Below are positions 59,448-64,000 of a stretch of DNA of 64,000 nt, piece by piece (the first letter of the stretch is position 1; the number at the start of each line of letters is the position of its first letter). The DNA comes from Octopus vulgaris (taxonomy: Eukaryota), in assembly GCA_951406725.2 (NCBI GenBank), contig OX597825.1:81592001-81656000 (forward strand), given 5' to 3'. The notes beneath the pieces were generated by a model, which ran no database searches, was not told the DNA's origin, and worked only from the letters and a program-made list of their open reading frames with translations. Both the position numbers and the translations under genes were made by a program.

Positions 59448-59839
59448 ACGACATGTAAATAACGTCCGTCACATCATATGCCCTTTAATCTTATTGGCGG
59501 TTGCTGTAATTTTTATTAAATTTCATTTAATTCAAAATAATTTGATATTGCTTTCGTTTCTTTGATTAATTTTTTTTTTATTATTAAATAATTAATTTTG
59601 TCCTGAAAATTAATTTGATTATTATTATTTTTTAATTCTTTTTAATTTACTTTGCGTTCGATTTATGTTGTTTTTCTTTATATTTATTATCTAAATTATT
59701 TGAAGGAACTGAACTGGAAAAAAAACGAAAGAGTGTGACGTAACAGTTGAATGCTGGATTAAATCATTTCTCTGACATACCTCTGACCAAAGGTGTTTCA
59801 GGTTTTTTTTTACGTTATCTAATGTTATTCTTCAATTTG

Positions 59840-60200
59840 ATCTCCTTATTTATTCTCACTTATGATCCCGAATTTTGGGCAATGACCGATAGAGTAGGAT
59901 CTCGAATAGAAACGGACGAAATGGGGTTCTTCGATGTATAGCTCGGCGATCAAGAAGACCCTTCCAGTTGAAATGTAACTTCTCTGCATTGAGGGGTCAC
60001 GGCTCCGGTACTACGGACATAATTAGAATGTCGCTGAAAAAACTCTCATGACAGATACTTTGAGCCGAGCCAACTACCTAAGGGTAGAGGTGGTTGGACA
60101 ATATCCAACTGGAAGGTATAATGATGGTTGCTACTGATAGGACCCTATGGAGGGGGTGCCTGAGGGTTCTATCCCTACATTTGGCAGACGACCTAGGGTT
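59840..60200 (+). pseudogene. RTE-clade LINE C-terminal fragment
   Basis: ILTYDPEFWAMTDRVGSRIETDEMGFF ... IEGSRLRYYGH-IRM ... WLDNI ... ATDRTLWR resemble the RTE motifs LTYGxExW, EMxFLR, LRWxGHxxRM and AxDRxxWR. Confidence 0.8.
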
Positions 60201-60727
60201 AGATGAGGGACGAGATAGCTGGATAATGTGCCTAGTCTCAGTTGATCACGCTTGGGAATCCAGCCGGAAAGCCTAATGATGGATGCTTCTGATTGGCCCC
60301 TATAGAGGAAACGCTTGTGGACCATACTACGACCCTCCAACGAAAACTAGGCAGAGAAAATGGCTGGCTAGAAACAATGTTTTTCTGAACATCAAAAATA
60401 TATCTTTGTATACAGAGAGAGACATGTAAACACCTTGTCTCCGTATATACAATAATCTTCGTTGATAGAATGGGCTTGCTTCGACCCTATGTTGGGACTT
60501 CACCACGATCTGAGTACCCTCATTATTATCCATAGAGACACTGTTATAAACTGACTGTTATTGAGAACTTAAATTTGATAGTCTGATTTGCATTAGGAGC
60601 GCATTCTTTTTAGCTAATTGTTCAATTACTAAATTATTGGTTCATTCGCATGATTTTGACTCACTGTTATCACAGTACTATAGAATATATCCATTGATTT
60701 TTTTTAATCAAATTCTTTATATGTATC

Positions 60728-60779
<52 letters not shown>

Positions 60780-61065
60780 TATATAAATATATATGTGTGT
60801 GTGTGTAAATATATATATATATAGTCGTGGTTGTTTTCGTCATTGTTCTGTATGTTCGGTAGCTATTCTCAGTCGGTCTTCGCCACAGGCGCCACCAGCA
60901 GTGAATCATATCAACGGTTAAGGCGCAGAGTTGTAAGGATCTATTGAATGTTGACTGATGAAGAATTAGCTACGAATTTTCTCTTTGTTATATTTTTGTA
61001 AAGTGTTCTGTTTGTTGTGTCTGTTAAACTTTTGAAATATATATATATGTGTATATATATATATA

Positions 61066-61104
<39 letters not shown>

Positions 61105-62012
61105 GCATATATACATATATTAATGTATATGGATATTAGTATATATATATATGCGTGTGTGCATGTATATACATATATCTATCTGTCTATCTATCAATCC
61201 TTCCTCCTTCTCACTCGTTCGCTGCCCAAACTGCTGAAGGCTCTGGTTGGGGAACGGGCTGCGAAATCCCTGCATCCAACGTCCACTTTATAAACATACT
61301 GTGTTAAAAACACGTATGTATTCCATCATATAAATAAGGTTACATTGGCTGATATTTCTGAAAGCCTACAGAGTTGTGAAAAAAATTGGTGTTCGCAGCC
61401 GAAATAACGAAGGTCTACGTGTCCTTGACCGAAAGTTATCATCGGGCCGAAAGGTATCTGACATGCTCCGGACTCTTTGCTGAGTGTATGTATAAATGTA
61501 TATATATATATATATTGCATTCTAAAACAGAATTTCTCCCAAACAAAATCCACAGCGTCATGCGTTACATTGAGAATTACTTTAATCTAAGGTTGCATCA
61601 ATGGCTTACACTGGATATGTACACTCACGCTCGTGCACATACACGCATAAAGATTGAGAGATAGACAGAGAAATCGATAGATAGTTATAGATATAGATGT
61701 ACATACACACATGCACACACGCGCACACACGTGTGCGTGTGTGTGAGTGTATGTATAAATGTATATATATATATATATATATAATAGAAATATTAAAATA
61801 ACTAAGTCTCTCTAAAAGAGAACAGCGGCAGCGTTCCCGGAAAATAATAGTTATCGCCATACTAATATGGCATTCTTATAAAAATAAGAAAAAAGCTGTC
61901 CGCTTATTAGCTCCATGAGGCCATCGCCTTAAGTTAGCTATTTGATACACAAACTGTATCCATATAACCTTCGAACAAGGGAGGTCAGTCGCTCCACACT
62001 ACTTGACCGGCA

Positions 62013-62054
62013 GCTACAGACGCGTTTCGGGGTATTGCCCCTTTTCAATGCAGC
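62013..62054 (-). ncRNA. Type-I hammerhead ribozyme, U3:A8 core variant
   Basis: GCTGCA-TTGAAAA-GGGG-caata-CCCC-GAAA-CGCG-TC-TGTAGC. Confidence 0.8.
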
Positions 62055-62871
62055 GTAGCCAGCCAGTAGGTGTCGCTTCCGACAATCTCTGTTCGATGGT
62101 TTTATTTACCTAGTTTCGGTGGAATACATCCACTTGTTTTCAATAATAGAAATATTAAAATAACTAAGTCTCTCTAAAAGAGAACAGCGGCAGCGTTCCC
62201 GGAAAATAATAGTTATCGCCATACTAATATGGCATTCTTATAAAAATAAGAAAAAAGCTGTCCGCTTATTAGCTCCATGAGGCCATCGCCTTAAGTTAGC
62301 TATTTGATACACAAACTGTATCCATATAACCTTCGAACAAGGTAGTGTGGAGCGACTGACCTCCCTTGTTCGAAGGTTATACACATACATATATATACAT
62401 ATATGTATATATATATATATATAAATAATAGTTATCGCCATACTAATATGGCATTCTTTATAAAAATAAGAAAAAAGCTGTCCGCTTATTAGCTCCATGA
62501 GGCCATCGCCTTAAGTTAGCTATTTGATACACAAACTGTATCCATATAACCTTCGAACAAGGGAGGTCAGTCGCTCCACACTACCTTGTTCGAAGGTTAT
62601 ATGGATACAGTTTGTGTATCAAATAGCTAACTTAAGGCGATGGCCTCATGGAGCTAATAAGCGGACAGCTTTTTTCTTATTTTTATAAGAATGCCATATT
62701 AGTATGGCGATAACTATTATTTTCCGGGAACGCTGCCGCTGTTCTCTTTTAGAGAGACTTAGTTATTTTAATATTTCTATTATTGAAAACAAGTGGATGT
62801 ATTCCACCGAAACTAGGTAAATAAAACCATCGAACAGAGATTGTCGGAAGCGACACCTACTGGCTGGCTAC

Positions 62872-62912
62872 GCTGCATTGAAAAGGGCAATACCCCGAAA
62901 CGCGTCTGTAGC
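62872..62912 (+). ncRNA. Type-I hammerhead ribozyme, U3:A8 variant (mirror copy)
   Basis: GCTGCA-TTGAAAA-GGG-caatac-CCC-GAAA-CGCG-TC-TGTAGC, with one G fewer in stem II. Confidence 0.78.
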
Positions 62913-64000
62913 TGCCGGTCAAGTAGTGTGGAGCGACTGACCTCCCTTGTTCGAAGGTTATATGGATACAGTTTGTGTATCAAATAGCTAACTTAAGGCG
63001 ATGGCCTCATGGAGCTAATAAGCGGACAGCTTTTTTCTTATTTTTATAAGAATGCCATATTAGTATGGTGATAACTATTATTTATATATATATATATATA
63101 TACATATATGTATATATATGTATGTGTGTGCATGTATGTATGTATGTGTGTATGTATGTATGTATGTATGTGTGTATGTATGCATGTATGCATGTATGTA
63201 TGTATGTATGCATGTATGTATGTATGAATGCATGTATGTATGTATGAATGCATGTATGTATGTATGTATGTATGTATGTATGTATGTATGTATGTATGTA
63301 TGTATGTATGTATGCATGTATGTGTATAGTTTGCTTGCAGGTTGTTGTGTCTTTATATTTCGATGATATTCCTGTTAAATTTTCGTATAATTGTTTTGTT
63401 GCCGACATTGTTTTTGTTGTTGTTGAAATGGCGGTAATGGTGGCGGTGGTGGCGGTGGTGGTGGTGGTGGTGGTTAGAGCTGCTGCTGCGGCTGCCGCTG
63501 CTGTTATTAATGTTGTTGTTTTCCTTTAATTTAGAATTCAGTCCCATAAGCAGCAACTATTTAATTTAGAGAGAAAGAGAGAGAGAGAGAAAGACAGGGA
63601 GAGAGAGAGAGAGAGAGAGTGAGAGAAAGAGAGAGAGAGAAAGAGAGGGAGTGAGAGAGAGAAAGAGAGAGAGAGCTGTTGCTATTTAAATAAATATTTT
63701 TCTATAAAGCAAAGTGCTGTTAATTTTGATGTACAACAACAAAAACAACAACGAAGACATCAATGGCGACGAGAAAGGCAAGAAAAACAACAACAACAAC
63801 AACAACAACAACAATACCAACAACTGCAACTACAACAACAAAACTCACAATAAAAGCAAAAAACGGCAACAACAACATCAACAACAACAATAATAATATG
63901 CATCAGTAAGGTGAACATTGAAAAAAATAAGTAATAAACAAAAATAATTAATGAACGGGAAATATATTACGTTTGCTTAGGATGATGATGATGATGATGA

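Larger units (their letters stand above)
61781..63083. mobile_element. Tandem and inverted array of a 362-bp HHR-containing unit (retrozyme or Penelope pLTR-like)
   Basis: The unit restarts at 61781 and 62143, with a partial third copy at 62422-62583. 61839-62381 is mirrored by 62545-63083. All outer ends abut (TA)n. Confidence 0.88.

Noticed and set aside
61781-63083. CRISPR array or bacterial repeat system
   Set aside because: Long identical units with no spacers, no cas genes and a eukaryotic context.

Overview
This is AT-rich eukaryotic non-coding DNA saturated with microsatellites. The repeat families look like those of an octopus/coleoid cephalopod (inference). I find no intact host protein-coding gene, and almost all listed ORFs are simple-repeat translations. 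Identifiable content: at least four tRNA-headed SINE families (about 25 copies or fragments), four decayed Tc1/mariner elements, two non-autonomous Helitrons, a stack of R4/Dong-like LINE 3' ends and an RTE LINE fragment. The most unusual signal is a set of short non-coding elements, from several unrelated families, that carry minimal type-I hammerhead ribozymes (HHR) with palindromic stem III. Most sit in (TA)n tracts and show fold-back (inverted) duplications, as Penelope-like or retrozyme-like elements do. They include a 362-bp tandem unit with a U3:A8 core variant and a tRNA-promoter + HHR element. Also notable are SINE concatemers joined at an identical anticodon-loop position and a pre-miRNA-like hairpin starting AAUGGCAC. 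All pairing and alignment was done by eye.
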